DNA from: Chiloscyllium plagiosum
Taxonomy: Eukaryota
DNA: 64,000 bases
Assembly (NCBI RefSeq): GCF_004010195.1
Contig: NC_057718.1
Span: 45,620,322-45,684,321, forward strand
Reading direction: 5' to 3'
The notes under the pieces were generated by a model. That model searched no databases. It saw only the letters and a program-made list of their open reading frames with translations, and was not told where the DNA came from. How positions within the stretch are numbered: position 1 is the first letter of the stretch; the number at the start of each line of letters is the position of its first letter. Positions 39,001-50,800 of this stretch are shown here, in pieces. The translations under genes were made by a program, and so were the position numbers.

Positions 39001-39939
39001 GCAACTCCAAATCTCAGCTTTAGGTTCAATGCAGACTGCTGCTAATGAAACAGCAGATTGACTTGATAGCTTTGCTTTGAGTAGAAGCATAATAGTTCTT
39101 ATGTTTTATCAGAATTCAGTTAAAACTAACTGAAAATGTTTATTTTCCTCATGCTAGCTGGAGAACTGCACCTACTTCTGGTGATCTGGCCAACCACGAA
39201 TGATTGCAAATTAAGTTGGAATCATCAGAAGTGGACAGATACCTGATTCTCAGTTACTGCAGGAAAACACAACTGTTGAATGAAGTATTAATGAATCTTG
39301 GCAGAAAAGAATAATTTTAGTGGGATGATAGTTGACTGTAATATGGGGACCAGTAAAACATGACCAATGTCAGCTAGAAACAGCAGAATCAAACATTTGC
39401 AAGGTGATGGTTATGTAAATTAAAAATGACACTAGGTAAACTCTGACTATATGGAGCATTCTAATATTGGGGCAAAGATCAATTGTTTTCATGCCTGAGA
39501 TCAAAACAATAGCAGGCTTAGTCTTCACTTATAATGATATAGCTAGGTGAAACCTCCTAGTGTGTAGTGTTGTATCCCATGACAGCTACTTTATTGTCCA
39601 AATGATGTCATAGTTATTTGCCATTTGCCACAAGTAATCATTAATAAATCCTTCTGTCTGACAGAGCAGATTACTTTAGGTGTAATACCCTATGTTGAAA
39701 TTAAAAAAATTAAAAGTACACTCTCACACTTTAGTTTTTCCTTCAATAAATCAATCAAATCTAATCTTTGAAACAGAAGGGTTCAGGTATCAGTTTTAGT
39801 GGGTTCAAGGCTGTGGTGAATAATCTTCTTACAAGGTCAAATGTAAAAGGGTAAAACATTAAGGAAAATTAACAAATCAGAGCTGAGAAAAGGAATACAA
39901 GGATTGGACATCAGAACAGAAGGGGTATATTACATCCGA

Positions 39940-39947
39940 TACATTCA
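39940..39947 (-). promoter_or_regulatory. miR-181 8mer seed site (UGAAUGUA), proximal
   Basis: tacattca on the + strand, 17 nt past the stop codon. miR-181 regulation of Prox1 is established in mammals. Confidence 0.6.
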
Positions 39948-39964
39948 GATGGCTCTCAGCATCT

Positions 39965-40150
39965 TTACTCATGTAGTAGCTCTTGTAGGCAGTTTGGAGA
40001 TTTGAAAACCTCAGGGACTTCGCTGTCCAGCTTGCAAATGACCTTGTAGATGGCCTTCTTCCAGGAAGGATCAACGTCTTTGCCTGCAACAATGGCATTG
40101 AAAAACTCTCGTAATGTGATCTGAGCCACTTCCAAGAACCTCTCCGGAAC
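39965..40150 (-). CDS. prox1: Prospero homeobox protein 1, terminal coding exon (C-terminal Prospero domain)
   Basis: The minus strand from 40150 reads VPERFLEVAQITLREFFNAIVAGKDVDPSWKKAIYKVICKLDSEVPEVFKSPNCLQELLHE* (186 nt, TAA at 39965-39967). This is near-identical to the vertebrate PROX1 C-terminus as I recall it. It follows a pyrimidine-rich acceptor (tccttctgtatcagcag|GTT), phase 0. A prox1-like paralogue cannot be fully excluded. Confidence 0.96.
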   Translation of the reverse strand, partial: VPERFLEVAQITLREFFNAIVAGKDVDPSWKKAIYKVICKLDSEVPEVFKSPNCLQELLHE

Positions 40151-40877
40151 CTGCTGATACAGAAGGAGACAATGACATTAGTAGGGTTTTCAATTTCAAC
40201 CCAAAGGCTCTGATTCATTAAAAGGGGAGGGGAAGAAGGTTGAGCTTTCATCAACCTCCCCGAGGTCTGTGAGCAGCTCTGTGCATACAGCCTCTCTATA
40301 TGGCAAAGTTAACAGTTTCCAGTTTATTCCAGGAATGCTATTTCTAGAAAGATGATCTTTACATTTATCCTCCTTCATTCCAGCAATCAGACTTATTTAC
40401 CTCCACACTCGAAGGCTCAAGTGCATTGTGCAAGCTTTCAACATTTTCTATAATTTTATTTTTGACGCACAGGAGAAGCTGTTTCACAATTTCCAGCCAA
40501 AGGGGTCAATAATCTAGCTGGACAATTTAGCAACGAGGGAAGAGTGTAAAGGCAATTACCTTTAGAAGCTGATTTAATTCAGTACACGACTCTACAAATA
40601 TTTTCCACATATTAAACATGTAATATTTTGGAATAAATTGTGAATTAAGTTAAGGAAGTCTCTAATTTCATGGAGGTATACAAGCAAAATGTGGACATTT
40701 CAAAGGGTACTTATTTTGAAAAGAAATGCAAACCTGAAATCTATTTACTTTAATTTGTTAAACAGAAATTAATGCAATTCAGTTCATCATAAAGCCTCAA
40801 GACATCATTTTACCTTTACATGAAGTGACATTTAATGACAAATATTAACATTTTCACTTTAAGGTACTTGCAGTATA

Positions 40878-41139
40878 TTGGCCAGATTTGACAGTAGCAA
40901 CAAAAGCGGCAAAACTGCCATTGTTTGCCTTCCATTCTCTCTTGAAACCTATAGCAACTTCTGGAGGTTGCATAATGGAGTTAAACGAAAAAAATCTAGA
41001 GTTTGCTATCGGCAATTCCAGTCTTCTCCAGTGCTTAAATCTCCCCAGACTGTAATCAGTTAAGAATCAGGTAACTAATGAAAACCTGAAACACTAATGA
41101 TAAACTAGAGCTATAATACTGCTGTTAAATTTTCCCCAA
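40878..41139. mobile_element. Putative MITE
   Basis: Imperfect terminal inverted repeats ttggccagatttgacagtagc and actgctgttaaattttccccaa. Confidence 0.4.
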
Positions 41140-42539
41140 TGTTATCTGTTTTTATTGAAATATAATTGCATTTTAAAGATCCATTAATTTCTATCTTTCA
41201 GAATATCTTTTCCTTCCTGAAAGCTAACCTCAAGTACAAGCTGGATCCTCATATGGGGAGCAAACAATATTAGACAGAACCAAAAAGACCCTTGTTCTGT
41301 CATCAAGCAATTTCAGCCACTGAGGAGAACAGAATCAAGTGCCTTCTGGATAAGTGAGTGCGCACAAAGGCAATGCCGCCATCCATTCCTTTAACATTAC
41401 TCACTACTTTTCTTTATCTTGTGGTCGAACATTTATCTGTCAAAGCAACTGGTGAAAAATCATTCTAGCTCTGGACAGCTAATTTTATATTGGCATAATG
41501 TCACATTTTTTATTTTTTCTAAAACATCAAGTTTATTACTTTAAAATAATTCTAAAATTTTAGCTTCTTGTAGGTTTATTCCAATTGAGTATTTGTTCTC
41601 TCGATATTAAAAATGAAGGATAAGCAGCATATTTCGTTTCCTGCTTTGCGGTCTGTGAAGATGTTTCATTGTGATTGGCTGCTTACACTACTAGATTACA
41701 TCAATGTTGCTGGGCGTTTGGCAGTCCCCCTGGCCTGGCACCAGACTGAAACTAATGTTGGGAGAGAAAGCCACAAAGATTGCTAGGTCTTTTTGCTCAG
41801 TTTTCATCAAGATCAGCTATGTATACCATCTCATCACTGCTGACCATAATGATATTATTCGGATATTGCAGCCATTCACCAGAGTTAGTCTTCAAGCCTT
41901 TCAGTTGCAATATTCACTCAGACAATACTTTCCAAGTAATGCAAAGTGATTTGTTAATAATGACAATAAAGTATCAGCTTTTTCAAAATCAATGAATTGA
42001 ATTTTCTTTCAGTGATATGGATTTCAACGCCCCCCCACCTCCCAAAGTTTGCAAAAACTATTGGGAATGCCACACCACTGCAGAAGGGGATGCTGTGTAC
42101 AGTCATGTCATTTAACTAACCAGCTTCCAATTTCCTACATGACTGGGGTTTGTGGGGATATCCTGTCCCTGGAATCTAATCACAGAGGCTAGTGTTCTCC
42201 ACGGGCATTCGGAATCACTGGGGACAGTAGCTCTGCTGGTAAGCCAGTAGGACAAAGCCAGAGGATTGACAATTGATCCCAGGACACAAATGAGTGAAGG
42301 TGGTACAAGGTTTGCTTTACTCCAAGCCTTCTCTACCTCATTTGTATCAGTTCTAAAACTGGTATCCTGCTTTTCTTATCTCAAGACTGAATTAGACCTT
42401 ACATTTTGAAATGAATAGATGGAATTTTCCAAGTGCTTGGAGCGATAGATTTTTAGAATGTTGGACATTGCACCTTACAATGTCATGTGTTAATTCTAAT
42501 TTATAGTATTTTAAAATGATCATTAGTTGTTTGCTGATT

Positions 42540-42876
42540 TCATAGAATTCCTACAGTGTAGAAACAGGCCATTTGGCCCAACGAGCCCATACCAACCTGC
42601 CGAAGAGTATCCCACCCAGACCCATTCCTCTACTGGTACTTTACATTTTCCCTGACTAATGCACCTAACCTACACATCCTTGAATTATATGGGCAATTTA
42701 GCATAGCTAATTTACCTAAACTGCACATCTTTAGATTGTGGGAGGAAATTGGAGCACCTGGAGGAAACCCATGCAGACAAGAGGAGAATGTGCAAACTCC
42801 ACACAGTCACCCAAAGCTAGAATCAAACATGGGTCCCTGGCGCTGTAAGGCAGCAGTGCTAGCCACTGTGCTGCCC
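42540..42876 (-). mobile_element. HE1-type SINE
   Basis: Homologous along its whole length to 23646-23960, but more diverged. Confidence 0.88.
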
Positions 42877-43389
42877 AATTCTTTGGATTATCTGATTAGT
42901 AAAAAGTACCTACAATAACAGAATGTTATGCTTGATACATACATAAGCATAGATATATAAATGCACGCAAGATCCCTGTTTTGATTCCTGATAAAAGATA
43001 AAGTAATAAGTTAACAAATATTTATGAAATACATATAGAATGCAATTAATTGGGTTACTAATGTGATGCTATAGAGTGGGATGACATGAGTCATCACATA
43101 AGCAAATTCTTAATGAGAACACTTCCAATCCTTATTGAGTTACAAAGCAATGTTGAATGACAGTGTTATTTTCTAATATGGAACGGGGAAACATTGGTAA
43201 CATTCACCAAAGCTAGTCCTTGTACATCGGAGATATTGTAACCCTGTACCATAGGCAGATAATTGGTACAGAGAAATTGCTTCACCACTCCTTCAGATTG
43301 CCAGCAGTGTGCATCCAATACGGGCAGAATAAAAGAGTTACTTACAGATCCATAGTATTAAGACATGGAACAGAAGCCAGAGCTTTCTG

Positions 43390-45400
43390 TTTGCACACTT
43401 GTTGACTCAAGATTTCCTCCCGTTATTTTAGTGGAAGATAAATTGTACACTGATCCTTGTCCAAATCCCCTCCCCTGTTGTCTAAATCGTCTACCTGTTG
43501 TTCTGTGGGTGGGACAGCGTGATTCCATGCTTCTCTATCAATTCCAAGTAGAATTCCCATCAATGGTTTCTCCCCCATTCTTGCATAGTTACGTCTAGTG
43601 TCCCTTCCAGAAACTATCCTATTTCTCATTTATATGCTCTCCCTCAGTGACATTATCTGATAACATGATAACTTTTATATGTATGTTGGTGGCCTCCACA
43701 CTCACTTGATCCTTTCATGATCTCGATGTTGCCCTATTGCTTTGGCCAATTTCCAATGCTGGATTAACAAAAATGTCCTCCAATTATCTGGGAAGACTGA
43801 TGTCACTGTCTTCAGTTCCTGCTACAAACTCTGCTTACTCATTACCTGATCCTGTTCATTGACAACAACCTGAGACTAAATCAAGTATTTATCACCTAGT
43901 AGTGTTCCTGCTATTTTTTTGTCTTTCTGCATGGATCTCAGAGCTCAGCATGCAGCAGTGACTTATGGAATCAGAAATCAAAGCTGTAAACGGCATCTGC
44001 ATGTCAAGCGCCAGACATGGACCCTTAGAGCGGGAACATTAACACTTAGTTGTCACTGATTAACTATCAAATCACAGAATCACACCATCATTATATCAAC
44101 CTTTGTAATCAGCTCCTGCTTCAGATATTTGCTACTGATACTTTTCTACACCTGCTGCCTGTGGCCTAACTTTCAGCAAATATCTTCCACTCATCATCTT
44201 GTCCTTATTTACACACCTGGTTTCTTGGTTAAACAAGACTTTGATTTTAAAATCTTCATCTTTGCTTTCAAATCCTTCACGGCAATGTCTTATAGTCCTA
44301 CAATCTTATGAGACTTCTGTGCACCTCTAATGGAGCATCTCTGATTTTGGGGCTATTCCTTTAGCTATCTAAGTTTCAAGGTCTCTTTCCTCCTTAGACC
44401 TTTTGAACAATTGTTGGGCTACCTGCCCTAATATCTTATTTGGTTGCAATAAATTTTACTCTATAATGCCTCTGTAAAGCATCTTTGGATGCAATATTAT
44501 ATTAAACATGTTAAATAAAAACAAGTTATTGCTATTCTTGCTGGTTAACACAAAAGCCAAAATCTTGATCATAAAGTCCATCATATCATGGTTCTACTTG
44601 CTTCCAAATCGTTACACATCAATGTCTACATGTGACTTGATCAAAGAACAACTTCTTACAAAAGCAAGATTTCCACGAATGAGACCTTGACAAAAGTAAA
44701 TGTTGCCTCCTTGACTTTGATATAGTTGAATCACAGTCCTGTCATTGAACTGGGTGGGATTGGTCTCATGTTGTTCCACTCATATTTAATCAATCACAGC
44801 CAGGAATCGTTTACAATGGCTTCTCTTCCTGCACCATTAACTCTGGTTATCCTTGGCTCCTATCTAAATCTCATTTACATGCTCATTTATCACCTAGTAG
44901 TGTTCCTGCTAATTTTGTGTCTTTCTGCATGGATCTCAGAGTTCAGCATGCAGCAGTGACTTGGCGACATCCTCTTAAAGTGCAGTGTTGGTTTTCATAG
45001 GTATGCAACAACACCCAGTTCTGCCTCACCACTACCACTCTCTGCTTCTCCACTATTCCCAAATTATCAGAATGCTTATCTGACATCTGATTCTGAATGA
45101 GCAGAAATTAACTCCAACCAAATGTTGGGAGTGGTGCAACCATTCACTTTGCACCTCCTGCTCCATACTGTGTTTCCTAGATAACAAATATATTTATCTA
45201 TCAACAGTCTGAAATTAAATCAGTTTGCAAACTTGGTCTCACATTCAATCTGGAGATGAGCATCTGACCTCATTCATGCCATTACTAAAACCGGTCTGTT
45301 TCCATCTTATTAACATTGCTCGACTTTACCTTGTCTCAGCTGATCAGCTGCTTAAGACATCATTTGTGCCTGTTATCATTAGACCAGGCTATTCCAATAC
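43390..45400 (+). mobile_element. Two decayed L2-like LINE RT fragments with insertions
   Basis: LFLIYMLSLSDII...FYMYVG near 43620-43690 and LIYML|LGDIL...FHRYA near 44870-45005, resembling the L2 motif LLFLIYMLPLGDII...FHxYADD. Confidence 0.55.
43887..44962 (+). repeat. 78-bp dispersed direct repeat (43887-43964 and 44885-44962)
   Basis: atttatcacctagtagtgttcctgcta...cagcatgcagcagtgactt; 75 of 78 positions identical by manual alignment. Confidence 0.9.
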
Positions 45401-45454
45401 ACACAAAGAATTCAGTTCTGAAGAAAAGTCGTACCAGACTTAAAATGATAATAT

Positions 45455-45510
45455 GGGGCCTTTCTCGCTGTGAGGCAGCAGTGTTAACCACTGAGCCACC
45501 GTGCTGCCCC
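45455..45510 (-). mobile_element. HE1 SINE 5' fragment
   Basis: cgctgtgaggcagcagtgttaaccactgagccaccgtgctgcccc. Confidence 0.75.
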
Positions 45511-46199
45511 AGTGTCATACCTTGTTTGATAATGACCACGTGAAGACTCTCAGAAGATTCCATTATGGTAAAGTCACTATCATCATTAACTATGTCCTGA
45601 TAGCTACTTACAAAAAGTCAGCTGTTCAAGAAATAAAAAGCTGCTTATCAAGATTACAACTCTTTTGTAGAGAAGCTTCCAGGATTAATAAAATATCCTA
45701 AGACCACAGGAAACAGCATCGGGAGTAGGCTCCTTGGCTCTTCAAGCCTGTTTCAATATTCAAGATTTCAGCAGGCTTTCTCGTTCAACTCCATCTTTCC
45801 ACAGCACCTCTTTATTCCTTAATTCTTAAAACCCTGTTAACTTGAACATACTCAACTAAATGGATTTTATGGCCTTCCCGCTAGACGTGTTTTCAGCTTG
45901 GGAGGTGAGGGCACAAAAACATAAGGAATTTCCATCCCACAGCCTTGCCACCTACTGCTGAACCATTGTCTATACCATGTCAAGTGGGTGGGCACTGAAA
46001 TCAGCAGCCTCCCTGCTATTTTCAAACAGATAATTAAAGGTCAATTGAGCTGGTTACTAAACCTACTGACTGGGATAATATGCTGTCGAAAACCTAATAC
46101 AGTTGAGGTGACAAGGTAGGGACAGCAGACTAGTTTCTGTGCACAACTGAAAATAAGGCAAAACATCCTTCTTGCATTTATTCTGCCGAGGAATTGTAG

Positions 46200-47200
46200 A
46201 TGTTTTAAAAAGATCAACTTTTGATCTTCTAAAAAAACAGAGAATATAGGCCCAGCCTATTTAAATATCTTTTCATTAGATGATTCCTGCATCCCAGGAA
46301 TTAGTTCAGCACACTTTCATTGCACTCCCTCTATGGCAAGTGTATCTTTTTTGGATAAGACGACCAAAAGCTGCTCACGACACTAAGCATCAGTCATCAA
46401 GACGATAAATATTTCTGGAAGGCTTCTTTGCTTCCACATTCAAATCCTCTTGTAATAAAAGCCCAGCATTTTATTTGCTTTTTTAACTGTTTGTTGCAAG
46501 TGCATGTTAACTTTCAGTGACTCATGAACAAGTACACCAGAGTCTCTTTGCAGCTTAATGCTTCCCACTCTTTTACCATTTAGGAAATACTCAATATTTC
46601 AGTTATTCTGACCAAAGTGGATAGCCTTACATTTCTCCACATTGTAATACATCGGTCATGCTTTTATACTCTCATTAGTTTCTCCAAACTTACTTGGAGT
46701 GTCTGCATTCTCCTCATAACTCCAACTTCCCACCATGCTTTGAGTACATGCACCCTTGGAAATATCAAATCTATATCCTATTACCCAGATCATTGATATA
46801 GTTTGCAAGTAGCTGGGGCTGTAGCACTGATCGTTATATAGTCTGCCAGTAACTGCTTTCTGTCCATTAACCAGTTCTTAATCCACATCAGCATTTTCCC
46901 CCAATCCCATCTGCTCTAATTTTGTTTACCAAGCTCTTACGTAGGATCTTATTGAAAGGTTTCAGTAAAAATAAATACACCGCATCCAACAGAGCATTCC
47001 CTTTATCAATCCTACTAGGTACATCATCAAAAAAATCTCCTAAATTGCTCACCTTTCATTCTTACAATGTGATCCAGAGATTCAAATCCCCAACCAGTGG
47101 AAACATGTTACCAGCATTCACTCATCAAACCCTCAAAACTTTTACATGTTCCAATGAAACCACCTCTCATTCTTCTGAATTCCAGGCAATATTGGCCTAG
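46200..47200 (-). mobile_element. CR1 LINE ORF2 fragments (decayed)
   Basis: The minus strand gives DKGNALLDAVYLF..PFNKILRKSL (resembling DxGxxVDVVYLDFxKAFDKVPH) plus downstream RT remnants. A separate CR1 tail lies at ~45700-45880. Confidence 0.7.
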
Positions 47201-47689
47201 TTAAAAAAAGTTCTTGAAGTATCTCTTTTACTTTAGGAAGATGCTAACATTTTGAGTTTTGAAATATTTATTCAGGATGCCAAAAAATTGAAATGAAACT
47301 CTCAAAAAAGGTGTCAAAAACATGCACTGAAAATTGGTTTAATAAAAAGAATATTGACTGAGTATCCCTAGAGCAAGCATGACAAGTTACAGAAATTGAT
47401 CATGAAGAGAAAATCTGCACAGTATCAGCATGTTATTCAGGAGGTAAGCATTGTCATTAGGGCTGTTACAATCAGGAAAGTTGATGTCAAAGATCAAGTG
47501 ACAGGGTAAGTTGATGGATCAGCTAAAGACACTGCTAATGGCAACATTAGGAACTTATGCAATCAACCTGTGCAGGGTGTGTTTCAAATGAGACAGAGCT
47601 AAAAATATAAAGAAAAGAAAGGCGGTTCAGTGAGCTGGTTCCATTTTAGGATACTTCTATTTTAGCTGCATGAAGTATTCCATAAAAAG

Positions 47690-47820
47690 AAAACAAAGAA
47701 CTGAGGATACTGGAAATCAGAAACAAAATCAGAAATTGCTGGAAAAGCTCAGTAGATCTGACATCATCTGTGAACAGAAAGCAGAGTTAAGAGTTCTGGT
47801 CAACTGAATCTTCTTCAAAC
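47690..47820 (-). mobile_element. Penelope-derived terminal repeat fragment
   Basis: actggaaatcagaaacaaaatcagaaattgctggaaaagctcag...gagttaa...ttcttcaaac. Confidence 0.65.
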
Positions 47821-50800
47821 GACATATTCCCTAACTTTCAAGTCAACTCAATGCACGCCATATCATTAGCAATATCAAATGGAAATCTGTCAAAATAATT
47901 CCGGACACTTTTAGAATTAAATTCAAAGCAGAACTTATAACATATTTACTTTCACAATGAGCAGAAGAGAAAATCTACTACTGACATTTTTATGATGATC
48001 ATATTTAACATGCCTAACAAAAAGTTATACCACATGTGGCGATGTCATCTTCACAGAATATTTCGATCTCATGGAGATTCCATTACAAATGATAACAGAT
48101 GGTACAGTGGGAGAGAAAGCTCAGTGATGTCAGCAGAATTACGCAAACTACACTGATCAACTTCCCATTTAAAATGACATCAATTTATTTTCACAGCCAA
48201 TACATGACAAACAGGATGCATGATAACTAGCTATGGGCTACTCCTCATCAACAAATAAGTCAAGTAAAAGGTTAAAGTCCAGTTTACAAGATATCAAGCT
48301 TAATTATGTGGTGAACTCACTCTGGTGATAAAACATATCCTTTATATGCACAATAAGGACCTAGATTCTCTGGTCTCCACACTGATCACCCAAAACACTC
48401 CCCCTCTACCACAACCAATCAGATCTTAGCTCTCCACATAAATCCGCTCACCTCCCACTTTATCTTCTTGAGCCTCTAAATCCCTGACTTGACTAAACCT
48501 CCCCACCCTACCCCCATCACCATGCCCAGATAGCACCCTTTCCATATATCCCCTACCTACCTATTCCCTGTCACCCTTTTCCATCCTGTCTACCTGCCCT
48601 CCTAACTCCTTATCCACTGACACAAAGTTTGGGACTTTTAAACTGTTCCCATAATATGCCAAAGCTGGCATGGCTCCCATGCCAATCCTCTCTGCAGCTT
48701 ACTTTGAGGATTCTTACATTGAAGGAGTTTTGAAGAATCCTTCATTAGAACACTGGCCAGAAAAATTGGAGAAAGATAAATTGGTAACTTCTTTGTTTGG
48801 TCAGCACTGGAAAGACGGGGTTCTGATGCTGAGCAGAAGATGTAGTTCAATAATTTTAGAAATAAAGGGAGAAAGTATGTCACCTTACCCCATTCTGTTA
48901 ACCCAATCAGATGTGCAACAGGTGTAATTTGTGGCACCAGCATGCTTTAGTGTTGTGTGAAGTCCACTTTTGAATCCTAATTTGTTGCAGAAAACTTCTG
49001 TGCCACAGTACTACAGAGGGGCAGGAACACAAATTGGCTTCAAGAGATACTGCAGAGTTTATCATTTTTCACCAGTGCTCCTGTTAACTGTCTATATAAC
49101 AGCTTTCCAGAGACTTAATATTTGCAGAATCAGTACTAGTACTAATTAGTCGCATCTACCCAATAAAGGTTTTAGCCCAGTTCTTGCTTTGGGACTTATA
49201 CCAGTAATGGAAATGTAATCAAACTCCAAATTTCCTTCATGGGACTGGGTTAAGTATATTGCAGGAATTATCTAGGTGATCCACATGTCTACATGATATC
49301 AGTTTAAACACACAAGGATTCAATTTTAGTCCAAGGTTGCTACAAATTCAATTTAAAATCTGTTATTTTTTAAAGATATTAATGCACTCAGAATTACTAT
49401 GTACATTATTTTAAATCTAAGCTCTTTGAATTAAATGAGCAGTAAGTAAGAATTCTGAAAGAGTCTGTGCACTAAAACAGCTTTCACAAATTTAAATTAT
49501 ATTGAAAGAGGTTTCACAGCTTTATTTCATTCCTGAGAAGTCAAGGTTAAATTGTGCAAATGTTAAGATTTGCATAAAAGAATTTGAGTCATCAAAGGGT
49601 TAATATCATGTCCTTGCACACTCTAAATTGCAATTAGCAGCAGGAAATATCCAGAGATCATCTACACACTCAGCAGACAAACATTTAAGTTTAATCTGTT
49701 TTTCAATTTTTAAGAATAAAGGCAGTAAAGGTTGTCTAAAATATTTATGAGGAAGTCATCTCAGGAACAATCTACATTTGATTTACTGTGCAGCAGTATG
49801 GTCACAGTGGATTAGACGCACAAAACCTCTAACAAAAGAACAACAGCTGATGCATGTGATGTTAGGAGGTGACTGAGCAGTTAAAGCATGCTGCTGGCTG
49901 CAGGCAAGCAGTCAGCAGATGTAGACAAAAGGCAGTGACAAGAATAACCCTCTCTCCAAGGCGAAGAGTCAAGAGAATCCAAAATACCAATAACCCTTTT
50001 CTCCTTGCCCTCCCTACTGTTGTTATCTTCTTATAATAGTAAGTGCCCTTTTACAGTCAAAAAATGAAACGGTACCACTGCAGCATGTTCTAAGCATTTA
50101 AGGAATTAAATGACAGGAATTGAACTTTCTTTTTGATACAATTGCCTTAACAAACCTTTTGTGATTGCTTAATTTGACTTTTGGAAAGATTTTGCAAATC
50201 AGTATTTTTTGTGAAATAGCAAAAGCCTGGCTCTCTTCTCTTTCACCTTTGTAAAATTCTCCCCTCTGATACTACTGACATCAGTTCACTTGCGAGTGTT
50301 TTGTGAAGGCAGGCAAACAAGCACTGTTTCAATGACCGCTAACCTTGGTATGTCCTGACACTTATGATGAGTATCCGCAGGACACAGAAGGCAGGCAGGC
50401 TGCTATGTCAGGCTTTTATTATGTGCTGCCGAGTCTGGGGACAGTCAGAAGATCAAACAAATGACCCCTGAAGGCAAAGCAACTCAGAAATGAGGTGATT
50501 CTTTGGCACAAAGTGAACGCATTTACATTGTGCAAACTACGCGCTCTTTTGTACTGACAAGACGGCAACTTGATTGACTGCTGCCACCTGATGCTGAGGA
50601 GGTGGAGTGTGTTATGTTCTAGGAATTGCTGATTCTAATAAAAGGAACCAGGATGACGCTTATTTGTCATCAGCACTTTATTCTGCAGACATTCCAATTG
50701 TTATTTTGTTTGGGGAATTTGGTAGATGCATGTCCCCCTGGTTAGGAACAAAGGACAACACAAGAGGGGGGCAAAAAAAAATACAGCGGGAGGCAAATAG

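Larger units (their letters stand above)
32970..39964 (-). other. prox1: prox1 3' UTR (~7 kb)
   Basis: Continuous AT-rich sequence with no recognisable transposon, running from the stop codon to AATAAA plus a U/GU-rich downstream element. The exact cleavage site is inferred. Confidence 0.8.

Noticed and set aside
39877..40254. 125-aa minus-strand ORF in the track (MMKAQPSS...)
   Set aside because: It is an alternative frame overlapping the real prox1 exon; the PROX1-matching frame is 39965-40150.
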